From assembly GCF_009914755.1 (NCBI RefSeq), contig NC_060933.1: a stretch of 64,000 bases of DNA; one strand, given 5' to 3'. The notes below the pieces were generated by a model that made no database searches, was not told the origin of the DNA, and was given only the letters and a program-made list of their open reading frames with translations. The stretch comes from the human T2T-CHM13v2.0 reference genome, Homo sapiens. Position numbers and translations under genes: made by a program. Within the stretch, counting starts at the first letter, position 1; each line of letters starts with the position of its first letter. Positions 34,133-52,668 of the stretch are shown one piece after another.

Positions 34133-37100
34133 TCCTTGTAGAGGTCTTTTACATCCTCAGTTAAATTTATTTCTAGGTATTTTTGGCGTGACTATTGTAA
34201 ATAAAATTGCATTCTTGATTTCTTTTTCAGCTAGTTTGTTATTGGTTTATAGAAACACTACTTATTTTGTGTATTAATTTTTGTGTCCTGCTACTTTACT
34301 GATTTCATTTTTTGGTTCTAAGTGGCATCCTTGTCTTGTTCCAGTTCTTTGAGAAAAAGCATTCAACTTTTTCTCACTTAATATGATGTTAGCTGTGGGT
34401 TTGTCATATGTGGCCTTTATTGTGTTGAGGTACATTTCTTCTATACCTGTTTTGTTGAGAATTTTTATCATGAAAGAATGTTAAATTTTATCAAATCATT
34501 TTTCTGCATCTATTGAGAGGATCCTATGGTATTTTTCCTTCATTCTGTTGATGTGATAATCACATTTATTAATTTGCGTATGTTGAACCATCCTTGCAAG
34601 CATCCCTGACATAAATCCTACTTGATCATGGTGTATACATTTTTTGATGTGCTGTCAGGTTTGATTTGCTGGTATTTTGTTGAAGACTTTGCATCTATGT
34701 TCATCAGGAATATTGGCCTGCATTTCTTTTTTTGTTGTGTCCCTTTCTGCTTCTGGTATCAGGGTAATGCTGACCTCATAGAGTAAGTTTGGAAAAATTT
34801 CCTCCCCTTCAATTTTTTGGAATGGTTTGTGAAGAATTGGTGTTAACTCTTCTTTAAATCTGAAGTAGAATTCAACAGTAAAGCCACTGGACTTGAGCTT
34901 TTCTTTGTTGGAAGACTTTTTTACTACTTCAATCTTGTTACTCATTATTAGTCAGTGCAGGTTTTCTGTTTATTTCTGGTTCTACCTTAGTAGGTTGTAT
35001 GTGTCCAGGAATTTACCCATTTCATCTAGGTTTTCCAGTATGTTGATGTGTAGTTATTTATAATAGTTTCTAATGATTCTTTGCATTTTTGTTGTATCGG
35101 TTGTAATGTCTCCTTTTTTTATTTATGATTTTATTTACTTGGGCCTTTTCTTTTTTTTCTCCGTCTATCTGATGGTTTGCCAATTTTATTTATCTTTTCA
35201 AAAGACCAAATTTTTGTTTCCTTGATCTTTTATATACTTTTTAAATACTCTTTCATTTATTTATGCTCTAATCTTTATCATTTCTTTCCTCCTACTGATT
35301 TGGGGTTTGGTTTGTTCTTCCTTTTCTATTTACTTGAGGTACCCCAATAGGTTGTTTATTTGTATTCTTTTTACTTTTTTAATGTAGATGTTTATTGCTG
35401 TAAACTTCCCTCATAATACTGCTTTTGCTATGTCCCATTTTGGCATGTTGTGTTTCTATTTTCATTTATTTCAGGAAGATTTTAAATTTCCTTGTTAATT
35501 TCTTCACTGACTCACTGGTCATTCAGAAACATGTTTTCTAATTTCCATCTATTCATTACATTTCTAAAGTTCCTCTTGTTATTCATTTATATTTTTATTC
35601 CATTGTGGTCAAAAAATATATTTGATATTATTTCAACTTTTAAAAATTTGTTGAGATTTATTTTTTGGCTTAACATACAGTCTATCCTGGAGAATGTTGC
35701 ATATACTGAGGTGAAGAATGTGTATGCCGCAGCTGGTGGATGAAATATTCTGCAAATGTCTGTAAGATTTGTTTGGTTCATAGCGCAGTTTAAATCCAAT
35801 GTTTCTTTTTTGGTTTTCTGTCTAGATGATCTGCCCAATCCTGACAATGGGGTGGTAAAGTCCTTAACCATTATTGTATTATGGTCTCTCTCCCTCTTTA
35901 GATCTAACGATTGCTTTATATATCTGGGTTCTCCAGTGTTAGGTTTATAAATATTTACAATTGTCATATAATCCTCCTGTGGAATTAATCCCTTTATCAT
36001 TGGAGGGTGACCCTTTTGTCTCTTTTTACAATTTTTAATTTAAAGTCTATTTTATCTAGTATAAATATAGCTATTCCTGCTCATTTTTGGTTTCCATTTG
36101 TGTAGAATATCTTTTTCTATCCCTTCACTTTCTGTCTGTGTTTGTCTTTACAGGTAAAATTAGTTTCTTGTAGGCAGAATATAGTTGAGTCTTGTTCTTT
36201 TTATTCATTCAGCCAGTCTATATCTTTTAAATGGATAATTTAATTTGTTTACGTTCAAGGTTATTATTGATAGGTGAATACTTACTCCTGTCATTTTGTT
36301 ATTTGTTTTCTGGTTGTTTTATATATCCTTTGTTTCTTTATTCTTCTTTTATTGCTTATCTTTGTGGTTTGGTGATTCTGTGTAGTTGATAAGGTTTGAT
36401 CCTTTTCTTTTTCTCATTTGTTTATCTGCTCTAGCAGAGAGTTTTATACTTTCACATGTTTTCATGATGGTAGTTATTATCCTTTCACTTCAGATGTAAG
36501 ACTCCCTTGAGCATTTCTTGTAAGGCTGGTCTAGTCATGCATTTTCTTGTTTTGCTTGTCTTGAAAAGACTCTATTTCCCCTTCATTTCTGAAGGATAGC
36601 TTTGCTAGGTATAGTAATCTTGGCTGCCAGTTTTTCCTTTCAGTACTTTGAATATATCGTTCTCCCTGGCCATAAGGTTTTTGCTGAGAAATCCACTATT
36701 AGTCTAATAGGTATTCCCTTGTATATGCCTTGATTCTTTTCTCCTGCTGTCTTTAAATTTTTCTCTTTGTTTTTGGCTTTTGACAATTTAACTATAATGT
36801 GCCTTGGAAAGGACCTTTTTGAGTTGACTTTGTGTGGGGATCTTTGAACTTCCTGGATCTGGATGTCTGTATCTTTACAAAGACTTGGGAAGTTTTCAGT
36901 TAATATTTCAGTAAGTAGGTTTTTTATGCCTTTCTAATCTCTATTCCTTCTGGAATTCCCATAATAGCAATATTTGTTTGCTTAATGGTATCCCATAAAT
37001 CATGTAGGTTTTCTTCATTCTTTTAAATTATTTTGTCTTTTCTTTTTTTTTTTTTGGTTCCACTGGGTTATTTTTTCAAAAGATCTGTCTTTAAGTTGAA

Positions 37101-39759
37101 AAATTATTTCTCTGTTGTTGAAGCTCTCAATTGTATTTTTATTCTTTGAGTTATTCCGCTCCAAGGTTTGTTTAGTTCTTTTTTATGAACTCTTTCTCTT
37201 TGTTGAATTTCTCATTGTGATCATGAATTGTTTTTCTGATTTCATTGAATTATCTATCGATATTCTTTTGTATCTCACTGAGATTCCTAGGATCATTATT
37301 TTGAATTCCTTTTCAGACACGTCATAGATTTCCTTTCCTTTGGTTTTGTTATTAGAGAATTATTGTGTTCCTTTGAAGGTGTCATGTTTCCTTGTTTTTC
37401 ATGTTTCTTGTGTTCCTACACTGATATTTGTGCATCTAATGGAGCAGTCAGCCCTTCCAAATTTATGGAGTAGCTTCCATAGGGAAAGCCTTTTTCCTGT
37501 AGATGTGTCCTGTATTGTTGGTTTGGTAGGGTGCTTTGAATTTTGTTCTGTGAGTGCAGTAATGCAGTCTCCATGTGATTTCTTTAGCTCTAATCAATGT
37601 CAGTGGTGGTGTCTGTGAGTGCCTCAGTGGCCTAGACTGAAGGTGTTTGTGGAGGCTGTTGTGTGGCTTTGCTAGAGGCAGGGGCTACTAGATGGGTTGG
37701 TTCTTAAGTTCTTGCGGTGGGGGTGTGCACTGAGCATAGTGTCTCCACCAGTTGTCAGGATGGTGTTGCCAGCTGCAGTGGGCACTGGACGAGCTGGTCC
37801 TTGGTTCCTGGGGGGTATACATGGTGCATGGCTACTTTGCAGTTGAAGGAGATGGGGTTGCTGGTGGCAGTGGGCACCACACAGGCAGGTTCTTCGTCCC
37901 TAGGGGGCATATATAATATGAGACGATTGGAGGGGGCAGGGTGACTGGCAGTGGTGGGTACCAGTTGGACCAGTTCTGGGTTCCTGGAATATGTTTGCAA
38001 TGCGTGACAGTTCTGCCATTGGAGGGGACAGAGTCATTGGTGGTGGTGGGTATCAGGCAGCTTGTTTTATGGCTCTAAGGAATGTGTATGTCTGTTCCTC
38101 CAGTCCTGAGGGTGGCCTCCATGCTGTCCTGAACTGCCTGCTCCCTGGAGTGTAGGGCAATGCATAGACTCAGGTGCTGGGGTTAAGGCTGTACTGCTGG
38201 GTCTAGCTGGGGTGGTGGTGCAGTTTTCCATATGGGTATCAGGGGATGATGGCTGGTCTCCAAAAATGTAGACATGTAGTGGCTATAGGATCCCAGGTCA
38301 AGATGCACACCAACAGCAACCTCATTCCCCAAATGGCCACCATGCTGTAGCAGCTTTGGTCCTGGGAGTAAGGGGGCACTTGGTGTGTGTTCCTTCTTTA
38401 GAGCAATGAGGTTATGCAGACTCCAGGCAGCTCCCTATTATGGATTCAAGGCTTGTGAGACTTGTGAGGCATGCCAGCAGCTAAGATTGCAGATGTCCTC
38501 AGTTGAAATGGGGACTGCTGAGGAGCTCCTGCTTACCTTTTCCCCACAATGAGAAGTCCCTTTTGACTCTGAGCTGACCCCAGCTGAATGTTTCACTTCC
38601 CTGTCTATGCTGCCATCACATCCATGCCTCAGAGGGTTTTTGTCACTTTCTTGCTGTATTTCCGTGTTCTCCTTTAGTTGCTCTACTCACAGTACAGTTA
38701 TTTGTTGTTTTCTTCTTCTTTGTGCAGGAGATGAGTGTTTGGCATCCCTAGTCAGCCATCTTGATCTGGTTTTCTTGTGAGTTAATTTTTGCACAATGTA
38801 TGAGACTTTGGTTAAAGTTTTTGTTTTTGTTTTTTTCCTATGGATATTCAATTGCTCCAGTACCGTTTATTGCAAAGGCTATTCTTATGTCATTGAATAG
38901 CTTTTGCACTTTTGTCAAAAATCATTGGACATACTTATGTGGGGTTATTTCCTGACTCTCTATTCTGTTTCATTGATCTACGTGTCTGTTCCTCTACCAA
39001 TACTACATGGTCTTGTGTACCCTTCACAAGATTATTGTAGCTATGTAAAAAATCTTAAAGCCAGCAATAGTGATTCCTTCCACTTTATTTTTACTTGTAT
39101 AAAATTATTTTAGCTGTATGAGTTCCTTTGCCTTTCTATGTACATTTTAGAATAATTTTATCTATACATACAAAAAGTCTTGCTGGGATTTTGATAGAAA
39201 TTGTGTTAAGTTTGCACATCAATTTGAATAGAGTTGATATCTTTGCTACAGTGAGTGTTCCAACCCATGAACACAGTATGTCTCTCCATTTATTTAGAGC
39301 CTTGAGTTCAGCATTTTTTAGTTTTCAGCATACATGTTCTATACATGTTTTGTTAGATTTATACCTCAGTATTTTTTTCTTTGGGGGAACACAGTCTTTC
39401 ATCACTAAATATGATGTTAACTATGCTTTTTCAGTAGATATTCTTTATCAAATTGAAGAAGTTTCCCATCTATTTCTAGTTTTCTGAAAGCTTTTTGTCA
39501 TTAATAGGTGTTATTTTTTAAAAGTGCTTTTTTTCTGCTTTAATTGATACGATTTCCATCCTTTTACTCTCAATTTACCTGTAGTTTTATATTTGAAACA
39601 AGTTTCTTGTAAACTCTATGTAGTTGGGTCAATTTTTAATCCACTCTTTCAATATCTGTCTCTTAATAGGCATATTTAGATGATTTATATTTAATATAAT
39701 TATTGATATTTTAGTGCTTGAGTCTACTATTTTATTTTTGTTTTTTGTTTGTTCCCTCT

Positions 39760-40097
39760 TGAAATGACTAAATATATATGTCACCCCAAATTAATTTGTT
39801 TAAAACTAATACTCAATATGGTGGCATAATGAGGTGAAACATTTGGGAGATGATCAGGGCATAAAGGGCATGCTCTCATTAATGGGACAAGCACCCTTAT
39901 AAACGAGGCCCTAGAGGGACCCCTTCCGCCTTACTCCATGTGAGGACACAATGAAAATGTACCTGTGTATGAGGAAGTGAGCTCTCATCAGACATTAAAT
40001 CTGCCAATGCTTTGATCTTGGACTTCCCAGCCTCCAGATCTGTGAGAATTACTCAGTTTATGGTATTTTGTTATAGCAGACTGAACAGATTAAGACA
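39760..40097 (+). mobile_element. MaLR solo LTR (MST/MLT1A-like)
   Basis: TG...GATCTTGGACTTCCCAGCCTCCAGA...GTTATAGCAG...TAAGACA. Confidence 0.8.
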
Positions 40098-41426
40098 CTT
40101 CTGGTTTTTGTTACCCTGTTTCCTTTTCCTGCCTGCCTTTCTGTGGGTCACTTATATATACTTTAGAGTTCCATTTTGATTTATATACAGTGCATTTGAA
40201 TGCACCACTGTGTAAAGATTTTTTTAGTGGTTAATCTAGGTATTATGTTATACATGCATACTTAATGTGTTCTAGTAGTAGCCACATTTCACCTGTTCAA
40301 GTGAAGTGTGAAAATCATACCTCCCTGTATATGCCTTTACTATCCCTCAGTGATAAGTGTGTTAAATAATTCCTCTAAATGCATTGAGAACTACATTAGG
40401 CAGTGTTATAATTTTGCTTCAACGATCAAATCTAAGTTTGAAAACTCAAGGGAAGATGGAAAGTCTATTATATTTACTCATATTTTATTCTTTCCATTGT
40501 TCGTTCTTTCTTGTGCTTCAGGTTACTTTATTTTATAATTTTTTTCTGTTAGAGAACTTATTTAGTCATTATTTTAGGGTAGAGTTGCTGATTACAAATT
40601 CTCCTACCTTTCCCTCATCACAGAACGTCTTCATTACATTTTCATTCCTGAAGGATTGAATTCTTACGTCACTAGATATAGAATTATGGTTTGACAGTTC
40701 TTTATTTTCGGTACGTGAAAAATGTTGCACCACTCCTTTTGGGCCTGTTTTGTTTCTTGTGAGAAATTCGTTGTTCTTCAAATTGTTTTTTCCCTGTGGG
40801 TGAAGTGTTCTTGCTCTTCCACTGCTTCAATATTTTTTCTTTGTCTTTTAGTTTTCAAAAGTTTGACTGTGATGTATCTTGATATGGATTTTTTTGGGTT
40901 TATCCAATTTGGAGTTTGCTCAGCTTTTTGGACTGGGAGGTTTATGTATTTTGAAAAATTTGGTAAAATTTTTCAGCCATTTTTTTTCAAATACCGTTTT
41001 AGCTCCATCTTTCTCATCTCCTTTCCATATTATGATGACACATGTATTAGATCTTTTGTTGTAATCCTACAGGTCTCATGGCTCCTTTCATTTTTTTATC
41101 AGTGGATTTTTTCAGTGTTGTTGGGATCGGGGTAATTTCCAATCAAGTTCACTGATTCTTTAATCCTTTCCCTCTATTCTGTTGTTGAGCCTATCTATCG
41201 AGTTTTTAAAATAAGTTATTGCATTTTTTTCAATTCTAAAATGTCCATTTGTTTTTTTCTTTATATCTTCTATTTATTTGCTGAGACTTTCTCTTTTTTC
41301 CTTTTGTCCCAAACATGTTTGTAATTGTTTGTTGAGGAATTTTTATTACACTCCTTTAAAAATCATTTTCAGATAATTCTAAGTAATAGCATCTATCAAT
41401 TGTCTTTTATCATTCGATTTGAGATT

Positions 41427-41747
41427 TTCTTTTTTTCTTATTTATTTATTCATTTATTTATTTTTTATAGACAGGGTCTCACTCTGTCACCCAGGATGGA
41501 GTAGAGTGGTAAGACCATAGCTCACTGCAGCCTTGGCCTCCTGGGCTCAAGTGATCCTCCCACCTCAGCTTCCAGAGTATCTGGGACTACAGGCACATGC
41601 CACTGTGCCTAGTTAATTTTTTATTTTTTGTAGAGATGGTGTCTCACAATGTTGCCCAGGCTGGTCTCAAGCTCCTGTCCTCAAGCAATCCTCCTGCCTT
41701 GGTCTTCCAAAGTGCTGGGATTACAGACATGAGCCACTGCGCCTGGC
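41427..41747 (-). mobile_element. AluJ
   Basis: CATAGCTCACTGCAGCC, GGGCTCAAGTGATCC diagnostics. Confidence 0.9.
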
Positions 41748-42634
41748 TCCAGTCACTTTTAGATACTGGACTATTCTTCTTCCTCAGTTCTCTCTCACAA
41801 TCTAGGCAGAACTCAGTGGTATTTAATCATTTGTCCATGACCAGCCAACTCTTCTGAAGCACTCAGTGTGTGGAGCCCTAACAGTGTTTGTAAGGGACTG
41901 AGATGGCTTCAACCCGGCCAGAGTGTGGGAGGTTCCTAGGTGCTTGGGGAGGGAGATGGGTGACCCAAAAGATTATAGGCAGTGGCTTGGGTGGTGAACG
42001 GGATCAGGAAGGCTTTTCAGGGAATGACTTGAAGGACAGGAAGGGCTATATGGGAGGAAACAAGAATGGGAAGCTGCCCTCATCTCCTGGAACCACAGGT
42101 ACCATTCCTGTCTGTTTGGAGTTGGTCTGCCTGGGTAATAATGGTGTGTAGCCTCACCTGAGAGAACACTGCAAAGCCCAGCTTGGGAGAATGTGGCCCT
42201 CTGTGTGCCTGGAGCAGTGCTTTTTCTCACCTCTCATCCAGGGTGAGTCCAGTAGGTTGGTCACCTGATCCTGGAGCTGGCTCTTTCCCAGGAGGACTTA
42301 TCTGTCTTTGTGTCTTTTCATTTATTTCTAGTTATTTCTCATGTCTTATCTGCAGGGAAGGCACCTCCCGTCATTTATTCTGACTCTCTGACTACATCCC
42401 AGCTTGCCACCACTTGCCTCCCCATTATCTGTTTGATCTCTTTCTGGGAAGGCATCTCATTGCCTGCCCAGGTTCATCTTTTCTCTTTGCACAGTTCTGA
42501 CTGCCAAAAAGTGTTTGCTCATATTGACACAGGCAGTGAAATCTCAAGATTTGCCCCTATAAATGTGATGATGGTTCAGCTTCACTCAAGGATTGTGAGT
42601 TAATAGGAAGATATCAGACTTAGGCACTGGGGAA

Positions 42635-44633
<1,999 letters not shown>

Positions 44634-45011
44634 GTTAACATCTATTAGTTTTGCTTTTTAAAAACTTTATATGAATGGAATTATACAGTATACAATCCCT
44701 TGTGTGTATCTTTTTATACAGCATAACATGTGAGATACATTCACATTTTTGCATGTATCACGTTTTCATATGTACTGCAAGTTTTGCTGCAGAAATCAGT
44801 AGCTTTTTTTTAATTGTAGTGCAGCATCCCATTAAATAAGTATAATATAATTTAAGTATTCATTCTACTGTTGATAGACTTTTGTGTTATTTCCAGTTTC
44901 TGGCTATTATTAATAAAGCTGTTATAAACATTCTCGTATGTGTTTTTTGGTAGAAATTTACCCTTATGTCTCTTGCTTATATAGCAATAGAACTGGGATT
45001 TCTGAGATACA

Positions 45012-45620
45012 TTTCTTTCATTTTAATAAGCATTTGTTGAGCTCTTACAGTGTGCCAAGCTCTGTGGCGGGCAATTGGGGCAATTGTGTAGATGTATACC
45101 AGACATGTAGCCTGTCTTTAAGGAGCTCATAGTTTAGAGGAGGAGATTGGTATGTCCATAATTCAAATAAGGCTGAGTAAGTTCAGTGCTACATTTGTGT
45201 TAGAAGCAACATGTTACAGGCAGGCAAAGGAAGGAGTCATTAACCCTCACTTAGAGTCAAGGAAGTCTTCTCAGAAAAAGTGATATTTAAGCTGATCTCC
45301 AAATAGTAGCATTTTCACTGGTAATAAATGGAGAAGGAGAGGGCATTCTAAACTCAAGAAAACAGCTCAAAGGCAAGGTGTTTGAAAATGTACAGTTGGT
45401 CATTGATGTAGATAATAAGGGCTGGGGTAGTATATCATTAGAGGACAGGATGTAAGAAGAATTTAGTGGTCTATGAAGATTTTGGAAGATCTTAAAAGTT
45501 CAACTAAAGACTCTAGGTTTCCCTCCAGAGGCCCTAAGGGTGACTACTTTGGATGACAGAAGTGACATCTTTTGTCTTTTTCAAGGATAATGAGCCCATC
45601 AGAAGCCAGTTTTGTCTGTG
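45012..45620 (-). mobile_element. L2 remnant
   Basis: TTTCATTTTAATAAGCATTTGTTGAGCTCTTACAGTGTGCCAAGC antisense L2 3' end. Confidence 0.6.
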
Positions 45621-46381
45621 CCTAAGTAAGCACCATGGTGGCCATAGTGTTGGCACAGATACACCTCAGGCTTGCTGGAAAGTGTGCAGGGTGCAAATAA
45701 GAGTGCCCCACAGACTGTTGAGGAGGAAGGTGTGGTCTGTGCTACAATTTTACGGGGAGACATTGCTTGGCTCAATTTCCTTTAGCCCCACCCCCCACCC
45801 CTTGCTGCTTGGTGATTCTCCCATGGTTGAAGAGGATATTGATGTTGTATGAGAATCAGATAATTTAAGAGCTGAGAATAATCTGAGCTCATTGTACAAT
45901 TGTGGAGACTGTGAGTCAGGCAGGAAGGGTCTTGCCCTGGAGAATGCAGCCTATATGAGGAAGAGCCAGGCTCAGCATCCAAACTTAACTTCTAATGTAA
46001 TTATTCTGATATTGCCTCTCATAAAATCCTGGACATATTCACAATTTATTAATGTTAGAAATTGGGAGTAAATCTACTGAAGTAAAAAGGGCTGGGGCAG
46101 AGAAAGTGAGTTGGTGAATAATATATTGTAGTAATTACATTCCCCAAACTTACTCAAATGTTTTTTCTGCATCTCTATGTACAACTATGGAGTAATCATT
46201 AGGAACTATCATTGAGTGAAGAAGGTAGTGTGGAAAAAGTGTGTATTGTGTGCTATCTTTTAGGTGGGAGAATATGAATATATCCATATATTATATTTTT
46301 TAATGGAAAGATAAACCACTAAATTTGAGAAGTGGTTATCTGTAAGTGAGGAAGGTAACAGGATGAAGGGGACAAGGATAA

Positions 46382-46772
<391 letters not shown>

Positions 46773-47529
46773 TAGATTTGAGTTTAGAGCCATGCATTTT
46801 TATAATTAGAAGATGGAAAAAAGCAAAATTCAAAAGCAAATGAAGTATATAAACCAAATAACTATAAGAGAGGAATTATCCCGACTAACTTTAAAAATCA
46901 ATAATTTGTACATATCTAGCAGGAATTACCCTAAGGAGAAAAGGAATATCAAACAAAACAAAGAATAAAAAACAAGAATAAGAAGAAAAGTTCTCTAGAA
47001 TCTTAAGCTTTTTTTTTTTTAGTATTCCTATTGATGAAGGTAGTATTAGTATTGTTATTCCAAAATTATTTTGTGTGTATATTTGCGGAGTAAATCAAAT
47101 GATCAATTATGTTAGTGTCACTGAGTATCAAGATTTTTGACATATTGAGAAGCTACAAATGTAAAATTATTGAGGTTACTTGGAAACTATAGACCTGAAT
47201 ATAAGGTGGAAGTATCAGTGTGAAATTGTCATAGTTTACCTTAAAAAAAAAAAAAAGAACAAAACTGTATTTTCTAACGCTTTCCATAAAAAGGGATTAG
47301 ATATGATGACAAATTCAGTAGCAAGGAACACCTTTAGCACTCAGATTATGGTATCCAAACATCATTTTCCAATAAAAAGAACCAGAGCTCTTGGAGAAAT
47401 AGCTGATTCCCAGGCTGGCACAGGAAATAGGAAAGTTGAACCTGAATCGTTTTCTCATCCCAGAAAGCAAGGAAGCCATCAAAGACTATTAGGGGCATGT
47501 GAAAAGGACTTAGGAATACTGAGTCATTA

Positions 47530-47865
<336 letters not shown>

Positions 47866-48130
47866 CTGTTAAGTTTCTCCATCTAACCTCTGGTATGCAG
47901 GAAAAGCAGACACATATCACAGGAAAGCAATCAGTAAAATGCAGACCATGGGAAATTCTCCAACACAGACAACTCAGTTTCTTACATAGACACACACAGT
48001 AAGTAAACAAAGGCGATAAAGGGAAAACTATAGATTAAAAGAGATTTATCCACTAATTATAATGGACCTTTTAAAGATCTTGATTAAGATAAACAAATTG
48101 AGAAAGAAATATATTTAAAAGACATTTGGG

Positions 48131-48787
<657 letters not shown>

Positions 48788-48844
48788 TTAACATATAATA
48801 TTTTAAAAGGTGTGATACTGGTAATTTAATTATGCTGAAAAGAT

Positions 48845-49140
48845 CATGCCTGTAGTCCCAGCACTGTGGGAGGCTGAGGTGGGCAGATCATTTGAGTCCA
48901 GGAGTTCGAGACCAGCCTGGGCACCACAGCGAAATCTGGTCTCTATAAAAAATTTTAAAATTTGCCGGGTGTGATAGTGCACACCTGTAGTCCCAGCTGC
49001 TTGGGAGGCGGAGGTGGGAGGATCACCTGAGCCCAAGGAGTTTGAGGCTGCAGTTAGCTGTGATCGTGCCACCGAGCTTCAGCCTGGGCGACAGAGTGAG
49101 ACCTTGTCTTGAAAAAAAAGAAAAAAAAGAAAAAAAAAAG
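48845..49140 (+). mobile_element. AluJ (5' clipped)
   Basis: Alu consensus with J diagnostics. Confidence 0.88.
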
Positions 49141-49195
49141 AGTGTCTGTCATTTATTATAGATACACACTAAATTATTTAAAAATGAAATGCTGC

Positions 49196-49501
<306 letters not shown>

Positions 49502-50590
49502 TCAAAAGTGGGAGAAGTGAGGAGGTGCATGGCTGAACAAGATATACCACGAGGTGATTATTGAATCTGGATAAAAATACCTGAAGTTAATGGTTCTATT
49601 TTTTCTAATTTTCGTATAGGGGTTTGAACTTCTCCATTATGAAAGCATTAAAAATAAGACTTCTTCTAATGTTGTGCCATGTTGCTATTCCTAAGAATAT
49701 GCCAGTGGATAATGTGTGTTATTTGTTTAATACACATTGGCTTTCATCAGCTAATAGACAATAAAAATAGTTTCATTTATATCCATTTTTTTTTTGCATT
49801 GTCTTTGTTAAACTTTGGTGTCAGAATACTCATTCCATACTCAGCAAATACCTATTGAGTATTTAGTGTGTACCAAGCACTGTAATTGCTATGAAGAGTA
49901 GAAAAATAAATAAGACAGATGCAATTACCGTCCTCAAGGAGCTAACTGTCATGCATAAAACGATTTGGCAAGGTCTCCCTATTTTTTTATCCTATGAAAA
50001 CCACAGATAACACAGAAATTATCCATTCTTTTAAAGTTTGGCATCATGTTTTTGACCATTTTTTCAACTTTCCATGGGTAATGGAATCAGCACATTCAGC
50101 ATCAAGAATTAATTAGACTTAATGGGTCTTTGCCGTTCATTGTTTTTCACTGTATTGTATACACTATGTCTTGCAATCATTTATTTTTAACTCTTTGTTG
50201 AGAGAATTTCTTAAATCAAATTTCTCGTTCAAAAAGAAATTAGGGAGATGTGTACTTTCTTTGTTTTCACATAATGGCAAATATCTTTTTAACCTTCATG
50301 CCTGTGCAATGGTCATCTGTGTGTGGAACTTCTGACCCTTAACCCGTTTCCCTCAGAGCTCTGTGAACATTGTTCTACTGACTTCTACATATAGGACTGC
50401 AGAGCAGAAGGCCAGTGGCATTCAGATCCTTATTCCTTGTTAGGTAATCTGTTTTATTCTGTGGAAAAGTCTAGAAATATCCTGCTACATATGGAAATCA
50501 AAACATATCCTTGGATCTAGATAAGGTATCTATTTTGCCACAGCTCTTACCTGGTGGCGAAACATTTATGAACAAAAGACCTAAAACCTC

Positions 50591-51070
50591 TTTTTTTTTC
50601 TTTAATTTTTCCATAGGTTATTGGGGTACAGGTGGTGTTTGGTTACATGAGTAAGTTCTTTAGTGGTGATTTGTGAGATTTTGGTGCATCCATCACCAGA
50701 GCAGTAGACACTGCATGCTATTTGTGGTCTTTTATCCCTCACCCGCCTCCCACACATCCGCCCACGTCCCCAAAGTTCATTGTATAATTCTTATACCTTT
50801 GTATCCTCATAGCTTAGCTCCCACAGATCAGTGAGAACATACGATGTTTGGTTTTCCATTCCTGAGTTACTTCACTTAGAATAATAGTCTCCAATCTCAT
50901 CCAGGCAGCTGTGAATGTTGTTAATTCATTCCTTTTTATGACTGAGTAGTATTCCATTGTATATATATCAGTTTCTGTATCCACTCGTTGATTGATGGGC
51001 ATTTGGGTTGGTTCCACAATTTTGCAGTTGCGAATTGTGCTGCTATAATCATGTGTGTGCAAGTATCTTT
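50591..51070 (-). mobile_element. 5'-truncated L1PB-like 3' end
   Basis: ORF2 tail (MEYYS.IKRNE...LETIILSEVTQEWKTKHRMFSLI); GACCTAAAAC flanking repeat. Confidence 0.85.
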
Positions 51071-51560
51071 GACCTAAAACTTCTGTTTGGGGAAATGTTT
51101 CTTTTTTGGTTTTAAACATTATTTGTTTTCATCTGCTCTATTTTCTCCTTATGAATTTCATAATGGGTTCCCCTGGTCTGTCTTCCATGCCTCTCATCTT
51201 TTCTCAAACAATTTAAACCTCCTTGTCTTTTTCTTTCCCCCTTAAGTCTAGGAGAGCAACCTATGTAACAAACTTGCACATCCTGCACACGTACCCCTGA
51301 ACTTAAAATAAAAGTTTAAAAAAAGTTATTTTTAATTTAAAAATTCCTTTTAATGTTTGTCTTAAATGCTGTCTATTGAATTGTATTTGTTCAATAATTG
51401 TTAACTTTTTTCCAAGAAAATGTTCTTATCTCTCAGATATCTTTTCTCCTAGCCTCTTTTTATAGGCAACTCTTGTTTTATTGATTCAAAAGTCTCTTTA
51501 ATTCCATTGACAAAACTACTGAGAATTTTCTTTAACATTTTCACCATCTTCCCACGTTAA

Positions 51561-51854
<294 letters not shown>

Positions 51855-52532
51855 CTTATTTTAATTGTTAGTTTGTTTCTATGGGGTTAAAAGTTTATGT
51901 CAGAAATTTTCTATTCTGCTGATCCTTTTAACTGGACTTCTAGACTGATCACTATTTGGAGCCGACTTGGAATTCCTCACAATCATGTGGGTGATTCTTA
52001 GATGTCCCCTGATGGGCATTATTTCTGTCTTCCTCTGACTATTACGTGGCCTCAGGGATTCTTTAGTGGAAAACAAGTGATGGCTGCCACTTGGCTGCAT
52101 GCTTGGTTAAACCAGGTCAGGTGATTAATACAATTTATTTGATCCTCCTGGACTTATCTCAGTTTTCGCATTACTCTGATGGCTCATGAGAGGCCACTGG
52201 TATCTAGGACAGAGCCCAGGAATGAACAATATCTTCCAAAAGAAAAAGAAAAGAGGATTGTGCCCTTGACCCTTGCATCAGTTTTGTCACACCTTCCTTA
52301 CTCCCCTCTCTTCTCCAAGAGCATTAATGATTTTCTGGTGAGGACTCTGAGTAAGGACAAGAGAGAGACAAAGCTACAGGTTAATTTATGAAGATACAGA
52401 GACAGAAAAATTCAGCAAACAGTTTTAAGAATTTATATGACAACCAGAAAAAAAACAATGAGGAGAAAAATAAAACTAACTATTATGTAATATGGAGTAG
52501 GAAGATCTTGAAAGGTAACATAAAAGTAAGGA

Positions 52533-52668
52533 CCCACAAGAGTTTCTATATTCTTTTAAAAGTGCTCGCTTACCTTTTCAACAAATGTGTTGATTCAAAT
52601 TACTTCTCTGGGATCTGGGAGTAGTCCAGAAGCCAAAAATAGCCAATCTGGTCAGAAAGCAGCAGCCA
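52533..52668 (+). repeat. 136-bp perfect direct repeat, copy A (partner 55077-55212)
   Basis: Base-by-base identity CCCACAAGAG...AGCAGCAGCCA. Confidence 0.95.
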
